From NCBI GenBank assembly GCA_030141605.1, contig JAQGDQ010002057.1:1-16437 (forward strand): DNA of 16,437 nt. The letters run 5' to 3'. The translations under genes and the position numbers were made by a program. Source of the stretch: Tubiluchus corallicola (taxonomy: Eukaryota > Animalia > Priapulida). This document shows positions 1 through 9,505 of the stretch, piece after piece; within the stretch, counting starts at the first letter, position 1; every line of letters begins with the position of its first letter. The notes below the pieces were generated by a model that was not told where the DNA came from, did no database searches, and worked only from the letters and a program-made list of their open reading frames with translations.

Positions 1-1228
1 TTTGCAGAGTGTTACCCAAGATAGATTTGTTCAGCATACCTCAAACAATTCAAATCAGTTTTGCAGAGGGTTACCCAAGCTAGATTTGTTTGGCATACCT
101 CAAACAATTCAAATCAGTTTTGCAGAGGGTTACCCAAGCTTGATTTGTTCAGCATACCTCAAACAATTCAAATCAGTTTTGCAGAGGGTTACCCAAGCTA
201 GATTTGTTCAGCATACCTCAGACAATTCAAATCAGTTTTGCAGAGGGTTTACCCAAGATAGATTTGTTCAGCATACCTCAAACAATTCAAATCAGTTTTG
301 CAGAGGGTTACCCAAGCTAGATTTGTTTGGCATACCTCAAACAATTCAAATCAGTTTTGCAGAGGGTTACCCAAGCTTGATTTGTTCAGCATACCTCAAA
401 CAATTCAAATCAGTTTTGCAGAGGGTTACCCACGCTAGATTTGTTTGGCATACCTCAAACAATTCAAATCAGTTTTGCAGAGGGTTACCCACGCTAGATT
501 TGTTTGGCATGCCTCAAACAATTCAAATCAGTTTTGCAGAAGTTACCCAAGCTAGATTTGTTCAGTAAACCTCAAACAATTCAAATCAGTTTTGCAGAGG
601 GTTACCCACGCTAGATTTGTTTGGCATGCCTCAAACAATTCAAATCAGTTTTGCAGAGGGTTACCCAAGCTAGATTTGTTCAGTAAACCTCAAACAATTC
701 AAATCAGTTTTGCAGAGGGTTACCCACGCTAGATTTGTTTGGCATGCCTCAAACAATTCAAATCAGTTTTGCAGAGGGTTACCCAAGCTAGATTTGTTCA
801 GTAAACCTCAAACAATTCAAATCAGTTTTGCACAGGGTTACCCACGCTAGATTTGTTTGGCATGCCTCAAACAATTCAAATCAGTTTTGCAGAAGTTACC
901 CAAGCTAGATTTGTTTGGCATGCCTCAAACAATTCAAATCAGTTTTGCAGAAGTTACCCAAGCTAGATTTGTTCATACCTCAAACAATTCAAATCAGTTT
1001 TGCAGAGGGTTACCCAAGCTAGATTTGTTCAGCGTACTTCAAGCAATTCAAATCAGTTTTGCAGAGGGTTACCCAAGCTAGATTTGTTCAGCTTACCTCA
1101 AACAATTCAAATCAGTTTTGCAGAGGGTTACCCAAGCTAGATTTGTTCAGTAAACCTCAAACAATTCAAATCAGTTTTGCAGAGGGTTACCCAAGTTTGA
1201 TTTGTTCAGTAAACCTCAAACAATGCAA
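1..1228. repeat. 59-bp tandem minisatellite, about 20-21 copies, continuing off the left edge
   Basis: Unit TTTGCAGAGGGTTACCCAAGCTAGATTTGTTCAGCATACCTCAAACAATTCAAATCAGT repeats head-to-tail with no spacers. Variants recur (cccacg/cccaag; ttggcatgcc/tcagtaaacc/tcagcatacc). Confidence 0.97.
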
Positions 1229-1301
1229 AACCTTTTAGTCATGAGACGTTAAAACTATTCTTCTACCATTCGTAACATTGACATTTTCTGGCATTGTGCA
1301 G

Positions 1302-1483
1302 TTTTGCCCTGATGGATACGAAGCGCATCTGGGATTCTGCTACAAATTTCACGGGACACCTGAGATCCACTTAGATGCTCATGATATATGCGCCTCCGAA
1401 GGTGGAACACTGGCTAAGATTGACACTGATTGCAAGTGGGACTCTCTCTCAAAGTTGATTCGTCCGGAGCCTGAATCAGAAAG
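1302..1483 (+). CDS. Internal exon encoding the N-terminal half of a C-type lectin domain
   Basis: Acceptor ttgtgcAG (1300-1301) and donor aag|GTacat (1484-1485). Translation FCPDGYEAHLGFCYKFHGTPEIHLDAHDICASEGGTLAKIDTDCKWDSLSKLIRPEPESE(R) matches the CTLD pattern CPxGW/Y...CYxF...AxxxCxxxGGxLAxI. Confidence 0.85.
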
Positions 1484-1726
1484 GTACATTAATATCTGTA
1501 ACAAGATATCTTGCTTACAAGTAGGTGAGGATGTATTCATCTTTTGCTGAAAACAAGGGAGAAAAACGAAGAAGGAAAGGAAAGAGACACAGAAAGGAGA
1601 GTGTAAATGCAAGGGGAAGAGGAAAAAAGACCAGAGAAGACTAGACTAAAAAATAGATAAAAAGTCTTAATGTTATCATTAGCTGGATAAAGTAGAGCGT
1701 GCTAGCATTTTATGTAGCACTATTAA

Positions 1727-2104
1727 GCCTTTTCACAGTTCCAGCGAATGATAATCATCGTGAAGAGTTCAAAGGTTAAGTGTACCAGACAACGCATTTG
1801 TGTACACTTGACAACGCCTTGCAGCCTATGCTATTATAATAGTAACAGTTTTAACAACTAGCTAGAAAATTGCCTAGTTCATTTTTTCCTGTTGCCAAGC
1901 AAGATCCTGCTAGTAAAGCACTCTTCGCACAGACTAATGCATAATTAAGTAAAGTCTGCGTAAAACAACTGAAGTTCCTGAATTGATGCCGCAGATGGCT
2001 TTGCTTTACCCACACGTCACGTGGCATTTGTAGTTAAGATGCATTGCTGAGGTACACTTAACCTTTGACGTACAGCAACTGTGCATGCACACCTGAGAAA
2101 AGGC
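1727..2104. mobile_element. Non-autonomous DNA transposon (MITE), TTAA-target type, copy 1 (shorter form)
   Basis: TTAA|GCCTTTTCACAG at the left end and CTGAGAAAAGGC|TTAT at the right. A perfect 18-bp internal inverted repeat TCAAAGGTTAAGTGTACC lies at 1769-1786 and 2051-2068. Clearly homologous to the reverse complement of about 8185-8535. Confidence 0.85.
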
Positions 2105-2519
2105 TTATTACAGTACTCATGCGCATTCAAAATCAATGCATAATGCATTCTTAGCACATCTATGCACATAGTAAAATGCAATGATTATGATTTTAAGAAG
2201 GACGTGAAAGTAAACCAACGTCAATAGCTTTTCTAATAAAGCTGAGACAAAAAAAGGTTGGTTGTATGCCATGATTTACCATACTTACAGTTACTGGCCA
2301 AGAATCAAGGCAAACAACTTCTGAAATGTTCTGTGAAGTGTTTAGAGCATTGTAGAGCACCGTCTGCTGCTTACTCATCAAATCAAATTTTTGGTCCAAT
2401 AAAAATGGCCAGTTAGATCCACGATTTTACGAAATGGTTTGAGAATTTTTTTGATTTTCATTAGGAGTTATGTTAATTTTACTCCTAGACTTTTTAAGAG
2501 CTCGCGCCTGTCTTCACAG

Positions 2520-2629
2520 AGTTTTGGCTCAGCTTAATAATAATTGTGGAAGTATGCTGGGCCTCGATTTGAACTGGTGCCCACTGGATGAATGCAATGA
2601 CAAGTGATCTTGTGAATTTCTGTAAAATA
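2520..2629 (+). pseudogene. Probable damaged second exon of the C-type lectin domain
   Basis: Acceptor tcttcacAG (2518-2519) is phase-compatible with the exon ending at 1483 and gives VLAQLNNNCGSMLGLDLNWCPLDECNDK* (TGA 2605-2607). The CTLD-like motifs FWLSL (from 2522) and VNFCKI lie in a different frame that has an internal stop. A MITE begins right after FCKI. Confidence 0.5.
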
Positions 2630-2906
2630 TAGTAAGTCCCTGCTTAACGACTCCCGTTTAGCAAATTTTCATTTTAATGACGCTGAACATTTTTAAGAAA
2701 GCAGAAAGAAAGAAATTAGTAGAACCCATAACGAAACTCATAAAACGTTTAATTTATATGATTTAAACAGCATTGATTTTTGCCTCTGAAATGTATCTCA
2801 ATTCTTTTGCTTTTTTTCTATGGAAGTTTTGGTTTCACTTAACGACATTTCGCTTAACGTCGTGTTTTGCTGAAACGTATTAGCATCGTTAAGCGAGGAC
2901 TTACTG
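2630..2906. mobile_element. Tc1/mariner-superfamily (pogo/Tigger-like) MITE, 277 bp
   Basis: TA|(T)AGTAAGTCCCTGCTTAACGA ... TCGTTAAGCGAGGACTTACTG|TA. The TIRs are about 21 bp, with TA duplications at 2628-2629 and 2907-2908. The CTTAACG motif recurs internally at about 2838-2859. CAGT-type termini with a TA duplication are typical of pogo/Tigger elements. Confidence 0.85.
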
Positions 2907-2913
2907 TATGTGT

Positions 2914-2926
2914 TTATTTATTTATT
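2914..2926 (-). promoter_or_regulatory. Candidate polyadenylation signals (overlapping AATAAA) of the pentraxin gene
   Basis: Plus-strand tttatttatttatt reads as repeated AATAAA on the minus strand, about 100 nt after the stop at 3024-3026. It could also simply be an ATTT microsatellite. Confidence 0.4.
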
Positions 2927-3023
2927 TATATTTTTCAACTTTAAGAAATGTAAGCCCTGAAAACCAGAAACACTATCAATGTTACGAACATGTAATGAAT
3001 TTATGTTGCTGCTATCAAAAACA

Positions 3024-3238
3024 TCATTTGGAAATACACACTACAAAATTATTGATTTTAATTACCCCGGCTTCTGCTTGCATTACAGGAGGGTCAAGAC
3101 ACAACTGTTCACTTGTTTCTTCCACTGGACAATCACTCGGAGTGACCACAGTTGCAGAACCGTACAATGTGATAAGATCTCTTCTCCAACTGATTAAATT
3201 TCCTTTGTAGCCACTGTGACAAGTATGGGCCAATTCAG
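3024..3238 (-). CDS. Pentraxin gene coding exon 6 (domain C-terminus plus extension; probable last exon)
   Basis: Phase-1 acceptor tttatattcAG (3239-3240). Translation AELAHTCHSGYKGNLISWRRDLITLYGSATVVTPSDCPVEETSEQLCLDPPVMQAEAGVIKINNFVVCISK* contains the pentraxin GN(V/L)(I/L)xW motif. An alternative phase-0 donor GTAATT exists at 3064-3065. Confidence 0.88.
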
Positions 3239-3299
3239 CTGAATATAAAATAATAAAAAGTGCACTAAATGCTCTATGAATAAGATAAGGTAAGAGAGT

Positions 3300-4135
3300 G
3301 TGAGGTGACGTAATGTCATCTGAGATGAGGTGAGGTAATGAGACGTGACAAATTAGCAGGACTGGGCGAAACAGGACAAGACAGGACATGATAGGACAGT
3401 GTAGAACAAGGAAGAACAGGACATGATAGGACAGGGTAGAATGGGCAAAACTGAGCATGATAGGACAGCGTAGAACAGAGCTGGACAGAACATGATAGGA
3501 CAGGATAGAACAGGGCAGAACAGAACAAAGCAGGGCAGAACAGAACATGTTAGAACAGCGTAGAATAGGGGAGGGTATAACAGACCTGAACAGGACGTAA
3601 TAATACAGGGTAGAACAGGGCAGAACTGAGCATGATAGGACAGGGTAGAACAGGGCTGGACAGAACATGATAGGACAGGGTAGAACATGGCAGAACAGAG
3701 TATGATAGTATGGGGCAGAACAGGGCAGAACAAAGCATTGTGGAACAGGACAGAACAGGGTTTGACAGGACATGATAGGACAGGTTAGAACAGGGCAGGA
3801 CAGGGCATGATAGGACAGGGTAGAACAGGGCTGGACAGAGCATGATAGGACAGGTTAGAACAGGGCTGGACAGAGCATGATAGGACAGGTTAGAACAGGG
3901 CAGGACAGAACATGATAGGACAGGGTAGCACTGATCATGATTGGACAGGGTAGGACAGGGCAGAACAGAGCATGATAGTATGGGGCAGAACAGGGCAGAA
4001 CAAAGGATTGTGGAACAGGACAGAACAGGGTTTGACAGGACATGATAGGACAGGTTAGAACAGGGCAGGACAGGGCATGATAGAACAAGAGAGTAAAGAG
4101 TAGAACAGGGCAGAGTAAAGTGGGATAGGACAACA
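3300..4135. repeat. Complex pentamer-periodic purine-rich satellite (CAGAA/CAGGG/TAGGA/CATGA units, about 30-35-bp higher unit)
   Basis: Recurring CATGATAGGACAGGGTAGAACAGGGCAGAA. Block 3691-3813 is duplicated at 3961-4083 (270-bp offset). Degenerate (TGAGG/TGAGA)n at the left edge. This array explains the Cys/Pro/Leu-rich spurious ORFs. Confidence 0.93.
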
Positions 4136-4571
4136 ACAGTTTAAAAAATAAACAACTTATTAATTTAGAAGGAAAATGCCCTTATTTTACCACAACAGAA
4201 GGCAATATCACATACCAATAACAAAAGACAACAATTAGAACAATGTACAATTCCTTTTTGTAAATCACATTCACATAGCCGAAGGCTCATCTATTTAGTG
4301 AAAGAAAAACTTTTGAACTTTGCGCTACATGTTTTGAACTTACAGTGCTTAACCGAATTTCAAGACTTGAATGCACCTCCACGTGATGCATTAGAAGATT
4401 CTTGAACTGTACTTGGTGAATACATGCTAATACAGCCAACTGGGCAGTCAAGAAAACTGCAAAGAAATTTATAACAAAGTGGACCTGTAGCAATAAAGCT
4501 ACGCCTGTAGCCAACTGATGGGGCATGCAAAGTGGATCTATTTAAGCTTTAGAGTCCCACTAAAGTATAGT

Positions 4572-4885
4572 AGTAAAGTAAAGTGAAGTACAGTAAAGTA
4601 AAGTAAAGTAAAGTAAAGTAAAGTAAAGTAAAGTAAAGTAAAGTAAAGTAAAGTAAAGTAAAGTAAAGTAAAGTAAAGTAAAGTAAAGTAAAGTAAAGTA
4701 AAGTAAAGTAAAGTAAAGTAAAGTAAAGTAAAGTAAAGTAAAGTAAAGTAAAGTAAAGTAAAGTAAAGTAAAGTAAAGTAAAGTACAGTACAGTACAGTA
4801 CAGTACAGTACAGTACAGTACAGTACAGTACAGTACAGTACAGTACAGTACAGTACAGTACAGTACAGTACAGTACAGTACAGTA
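4572..4885. repeat. Compound pentanucleotide microsatellite (AAGTA)38(CAGTA)20
   Basis: Pure AAGTA run 4596-4785, then pure CAGTA run 4786-4885, with degenerate units at 4572-4595. Confidence 0.98.
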
Positions 4886-5637
4886 CACAATAACAATAAC
4901 AAACACAAATCCAGTCACCATAACACGACTAAAATATATTTTAACAGTAATTAATTAAATGTATTAAATTAGCAAAAAAATAAGTTATTGAAATAAGTTA
5001 TCAACTGCTTCTTTGTCTTAATGCAATTCATCAAAAAAAGTTAAGGGATTTTCACACAAAATTCATTCAAAATGTTCACCGTTAAATCAGCTTAACTATT
5101 CCTTTATTTCCATTCGTTCATTGAGTCCACAACAACTATTACAGCATAGAACATCAAAAAACTTTAATGATTTGGTAATATTATCTACCCAAAGTGTTAA
5201 GCTGGCCTACTGGATGCTCAAAAAGTAATTACTTGTTGCGGGCACCCTAAATGAGAGCGAATTGAGAAAAAGAAGAAAGAGCAAAGAAGCAGAAAAGAAT
5301 TGAAGGAGAATACAGAGATGCGATGGTAACAGTATGAAGTGACGTGCAGTATAGAAAGTGACACAGCCAGCCACGTGAATAACCTCCACAGGGGCAGCCA
5401 AATTAGTCAAATTGATTAAGAGATGATTTCATTTTTCAAATTTCTTTTGAGGTTATTTATAGATATCAAGTTTTTATGCATTCATTGATCTATTCATCTA
5501 TCCAACTATTCATTTTAGAATGCACTTAGAAAATCTTTCTCAATAACAGGCCTGCTTGCATCAAAATTCGAAACACTTGTACTACTTTTTATACCACACA
5601 CCCGTTTTTTGTTTTTTAAGTAACTTATCAATCTTAC

Positions 5638-5784
5638 CAACGTCGGCTGCAGTTAAAACATGCGTGGTCATTATGACGTCAGTGATTTCCCCAATAAAAC
5701 TTTGAGCTGAGACAAAGTCACCGCCCACTCTGTCCTGTTCTTGTCCAATCATCAAGCTACCTCCGCTAACGATAGTGTCTGCTT
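5638..5784 (-). CDS. Pentraxin gene coding exon 5 (calcium-binding loop)
   Basis: Acceptor tgcatttctAG (5785-5786), donor GTAAGA (5637-5632), 147 nt, phase 1/1. EADTIVSGGSLMIGQEQDRVGGDFVSAQSFIGEITDVIMTTHVLTAADV carries the canonical GQEQDxxGGxF...QSFxGEI motif. Confidence 0.96.
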
Positions 5785-5889
5785 CTAGAAATGCAAAAAA
5801 TACAGCACAAGAGCCACGTTATTATATATTTTTTAAGGAATACAGTATAATGCAAGTCAATTTTTATTACAGGCACTGAAAAACATTTA

Positions 5890-6118
5890 TAATTAAAAAC
5901 AACACAACTTTATTAAAACTTTTACTTTAAAACGTTAAAATCATGTGAAACGTTTCGACAGACTGCTACTGCCATCATCGGGTGATTTGCCTATAGAAAC
6001 TGGTTTTATGTTTGTAAATTTACCACTGATGATGACAGTAGTAGCTCTGTCAAAACGGTTGACACGATTTTAATTTTTTAAAGTAAAAATTGTAATAAAG
6101 TTGTGTTGTTCTTAACTA
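5890..6118. mobile_element. Long inverted repeat made of two degenerate hammerhead-ribozyme + AATAAA units (Penelope-like pseudo-LTR remnant)
   Basis: Arms of about 92 bp (5890-5981 and 6026-6118). The right arm reads CTGATGA-T-GACAG-loop-CTGTC-aAAAC (6026-6056) with AATAAA at 6094-6099. The left arm on the minus strand reads CcGATGA-T-GGCAG-loop-CTGTC-GAAAC (5981-5952) with AATAAA at 5914-5909. Confidence 0.72.
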
Positions 6119-6240
6119 CAATATAATTCTTTATTTACCTGCCAATGACCAATTTTGTAATTTCAACGACAATGCATTAACGTACAACTATCAGATTTCT
6201 TGACAAAAAAAGATTATAACGTGGATAATATCATACTTAC

Positions 6241-6362
6241 CAGAATTACCACTATTAGAAAACTCTCCATCAACATACAAAGCATATTCACCATGGTTGT
6301 ATGTTACACACAGATGGTGGAAACTTCCGTCCAGTAGAGGTGTTGCCCAAGTAACAATGACT
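6241..6362 (-). CDS. Pentraxin gene coding exon 4 (pentraxin signature)
   Basis: Acceptor aatttcAG (6363-6364), donor GTAAGT, 122 nt, phase 2/1. VIVTWATPLLDGSFHHLCVTYNHGEYALYVDGEFSNSGNS is a variant of DGxWHHxCxTW...LYVDG. Confidence 0.96.
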
Positions 6363-7164
6363 CTGAAATTTGAGGTGTGTAAGCAGCAACAAAGTTGTTT
6401 TTAATTAACAAAATATCTTTTTTTCTGAATTAATTGACTACAAAAAATAAATGAAAATTATGAAGTAAGAAACGTTTTAGCAGTGTCAAATGTACTCAGT
6501 TAAAGCCGTAAAGACATCAAATAGCAAATCGTGCAATAAAGCCATGAGATAGACGCGATAAAATGAGTATAATCTTAATAAAGATTACATTTTAACCTTT
6601 AATCTCCTTTTAATTAACGTTGTTATCGTCTGTTGATAATAGCGATTCTGGCATTACTTTGTTCAGGTGCCTATAGGTGACGCCACAGGGTTAGTTGGTG
6701 TTTATGCAGCGCAACCCAGGCATGGGAGTTTTTTGTTTGGCACAAATTGCCGATTGGTTTGGAAAAATTGTGTTTTGATTTTACGCAACAGCAAATTTTC
6801 GTACAACGTCGATATGCATTAGATTGTTAAGTGCAAAAAATTTTAATTGTTTTTTAATCCTGAGTTGGAGTTTTGGTTTATATGGTGACTCTTCAAGACA
6901 ATAAAAGTTGATATGCATTATATCAAAACTGATACAGCAATAACAATGGCAATAATAGCAAGAAAATTCCTGAAAACTGTTACTGCCCACTAAACACAGA
7001 AACTGAGTTGTGGTAATTTTAAATCTATCAACACAGTTTTTTACTTTGTTGTTATTATTGTTTGGATAAAGAACACCATAGTTAACTTGGCTACATCATC
7101 GGCACTGTCAACTTCATCGCTATATTATATTATGCAGTGTTTTTGTAAAGGTAAATCATCTTAC

Positions 7165-7289
7165 TTTTGGTTTACTGAAAACTGCAGCTGATTATTAGTG
7201 TTCATAATCAAAAGAATGGCATTGTCAGTGCCCTCTACAGCGTATGACACAAATGCTCCCTTAGAAAACCCGTCATAGGTGAGAACCCA
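7165..7289 (-). CDS. Pentraxin gene coding exon 3
   Basis: Acceptor ttcaatttcAG (7290-7291), donor GTAAGA, 125 nt, phase 0/2. WVLTYDGFSKGAFVSYAVEGTDNAILLIMNTNNQLQFSVNQ(K) carries the SYA...DN(E) motif. Confidence 0.95.
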
Positions 7290-8033
7290 CTGAAATTGAA
7301 AATTATAATAAGATTAATTAAGGAAGAAAACACTAAATTGTCTTGTGTACATTAGCTAAATAATAAATAGCGCAAGCATGCTCAATTATTATAACGGTAT
7401 CAAAATCTTGGTGTGCCATTATAAGTGTGATATTTGTAAGAAAGTGTTGTCTTCAGAATTTAATGGTGATTAAATCTGTTTTTGCTGTTTCACGCGTTCA
7501 ACCGCCGGGACAGAATAAAGTAGATCCGTTTCGGAGTCTGAAACAAGCAAACAGAATGGTTTGTAACTAATTACTAATGAAGCAACATGGAAAACGTATT
7601 TTAGTGATGTGACTCAAACAAAAGCAATGAGAGGTGCACAAAGCCACACAGATCACAAACCGACAGGTTGTAAAGTTACATTTAAGACCACACCACGTGT
7701 ATTAGAAGGGGTTTCAAGCATATGAAGTGCCTGAGTGCTATCTGAAAAAACATGAAGTGCAGGGATAATCACAGAATGATACGCGCAATTAATAATGACA
7801 ACTAACAGAATGATAATTAATCATGTCTGTTAATGTTTTATTTACTACATGTGAACAAATTACATTACCACAGCAACATACAGAATTGATCTACTACAAT
7901 ACATCATTTTCTGTTGAAACAAAGTGAGATGTTATTTCAAACAAAGATGTACATATTATGATTAACTGTCTCTTTCCCTCTAGCACAAATGTGTGCTTGC
8001 ATGGCAAAAAAAACGTCCATAAGTCGGCATTAA

Positions 8034-8535
8034 GCTTTTCTAGTTATTCACATATCCTGAATCTCCATTTCCTGAGGATCATTTTGATACCAAGCTCATC
8101 GTTCTATGTTATTTCTAAGCTGAGATAATCCACATTGAAGTTGAGGTGCAGGCTATGCATTGAAAAACATAACCTTGAGAAAATCAAGGTTGCTGTAGGT
8201 CAAAGGTTAAGCGTACCACAGCAACGCGTCTTTAAACTACAACCGTCACGTGACGTGTGTAAAGCATAGCCGTCTGCCGTGTCAGTTCAGTAACTTCAGT
8301 TGTTTTATGTTCACTTTATTTAACTATCCATTAGTCTGTGCGTAGAATGATTTACTAGCAGGATCTTGCTTAGAAACAGGACAAAATGAACTAGGTAAGG
8401 ATCTAGCTAGCTGCTAAAACAGTTACTATTACAATAGTGGGGGCTGTGAAGCAAGTGTACGCAAATATGTTGTCTGGTGTGCTTAACCTTTGGCCTTTTC
8501 ACGATCATCATCAATCGCTGAAACTGTGAAAAGGC
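8034..8535. mobile_element. TTAA-target MITE, copy 2 (longer form, inverted relative to copy 1)
   Basis: TTAA (8030-8033)|GCTTTTCTAG ... CTGTGAAAAGGC|TTAA (8536-8539). The reverse complement aligns along 1727-2080 (shared AAGCAAGATCCTGCTAGTAAA, CACAGACTAATG, TAAAACAACTGAAGTT, CACACGTCACGTG). It has about 130 extra bp near one end. Confidence 0.87.
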
Positions 8536-8582
8536 TTAACTCAAAAGTAGTAGACCAAATTTGTAGTTTCTGCTCATTAAAA

Positions 8583-8626
8583 AAAGTGATCTTCACATTT
8601 ATTTAAAGTGATCTTCACATTTATTT
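8583..8626. repeat. Perfect 22-bp tandem duplication
   Basis: AAAGTGATCTTCACATTTATTT occurs twice, abutting the splice donor at 8627-8628. Confidence 0.9.
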
Positions 8627-8628
8627 AC

Positions 8629-8753
8629 CTCACAGAATGTGAACGCCGAGAAATCTACGCTAATGCCACGTAAGGGCATGATATAATCTGTCGTGCCTTT
8701 GCTTGGAAAAACCACCTTGAAGCTGTCCGATGATTTACACGGGATCAGCTTCG
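8629..8753 (-). CDS. Pentraxin gene coding exon 2 (domain N-terminus)
   Basis: Acceptor ttttttgcAG (8754-8755), donor GTAAAT, 125 nt, phase 1/0. KLIPCKSSDSFKVVFPSKGTTDYIMPLRGISVDFSAFTFCE matches VFP...TxY...AFTxC and joins the W of the next exon (AFTFCE|W). Confidence 0.95.
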
Positions 8754-9505
8754 CTGCAAAAAATCCTCTTATTTTATTCATACATACTTTATCAAGCATT
8801 TGTTTAATAATTACTGTAAATTTTATGCAAGATATAATTTAATAAGAGAATAAAGAGTAAAATTATTTGCTTAATAACACAATGTTAAAAATTAAGTATG
8901 CTAGTTTTGAATGCTAATGTATTAATTAAAGAAAAATTTTGATAATTAAAAAGAGGGTGCATAATTGTATTTACAGCTTTATCGAAATTTATCCACATAC
9001 AAAAACAAAGCTGCATTACTGGTTATTTGGTATATATATAGATCAAGTAAGATGTTATATATATATATATAAGTATACATATATACGTATGTATAATGAT
9101 AATTCCTCTTTGTGGACAGTATGACAAGCCAAATTTATTCAAAGGAAAATCAAATTACAACAAAATTATAATTTACAAATTGAGCAGGAGCCTGAAAGTG
9201 CCGGATTACTTTTAAAAGTTCTGCTAATACTGATAATATATTCGCTTTTGACATATTTGCTATGTTGTGTTCGTCTGCAACATGTCCAAGATACGACAAG
9301 ATTGATGGTCAAATCTCAATTTCCCAAAAAGTAACACAATATCTACCTAATTTATTGATGCTGATATTTCAAGACCCTGACACTCTCAGTTGCTTGGTAG
9401 CGCATCAGAATACTTCACAAATCACAGGCCAATTCCAATGCACGAACCAAACACGCTTATACAGAAAGTTATAACGTCTAATAGGACAAAAGTACGTCAA
9501 CTTAC

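Noticed and set aside
2-1081. ORFs of 188 and 74 aa with LRR-like LPKLDL words
   Set aside because: These are translations of a 59-bp unit (not a multiple of 3) cycling through frames. They lack an ATG start and stay open only because some variant units lack the TAG.
1-1228. CRISPR array (also considered for 14833-16437)
   Set aside because: Units are contiguous with no unique spacers, there are no cas genes, and the context is eukaryotic with introns.
3239-4136. Cys-rich, metallothionein- or keratin-associated-like ORFs on the minus strand
   Set aside because: They are products of the pentamer satellite in several frames. Only 3024-3238 of the 249-aa ORF is a real exon.
4538-4921. Hydrophobic YFTLL/YCTVL ORFs
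   Set aside because: Translations of the (AAGTA)n(CAGTA)n microsatellite.
6760-7050. Weak inverted similarity (AAAAATTGTGTT ... AACACAGTTTTTT) suggesting an old MITE
   Set aside because: Too short and degenerate in AT-rich DNA, and no TSD.
7440-7745. Exon-like stretches after minus-strand acceptors at about 7742 and 7538
   Set aside because: No pentraxin motif is missing between FCE and WVL, there are no convincing phase-matched donors, and stops follow.
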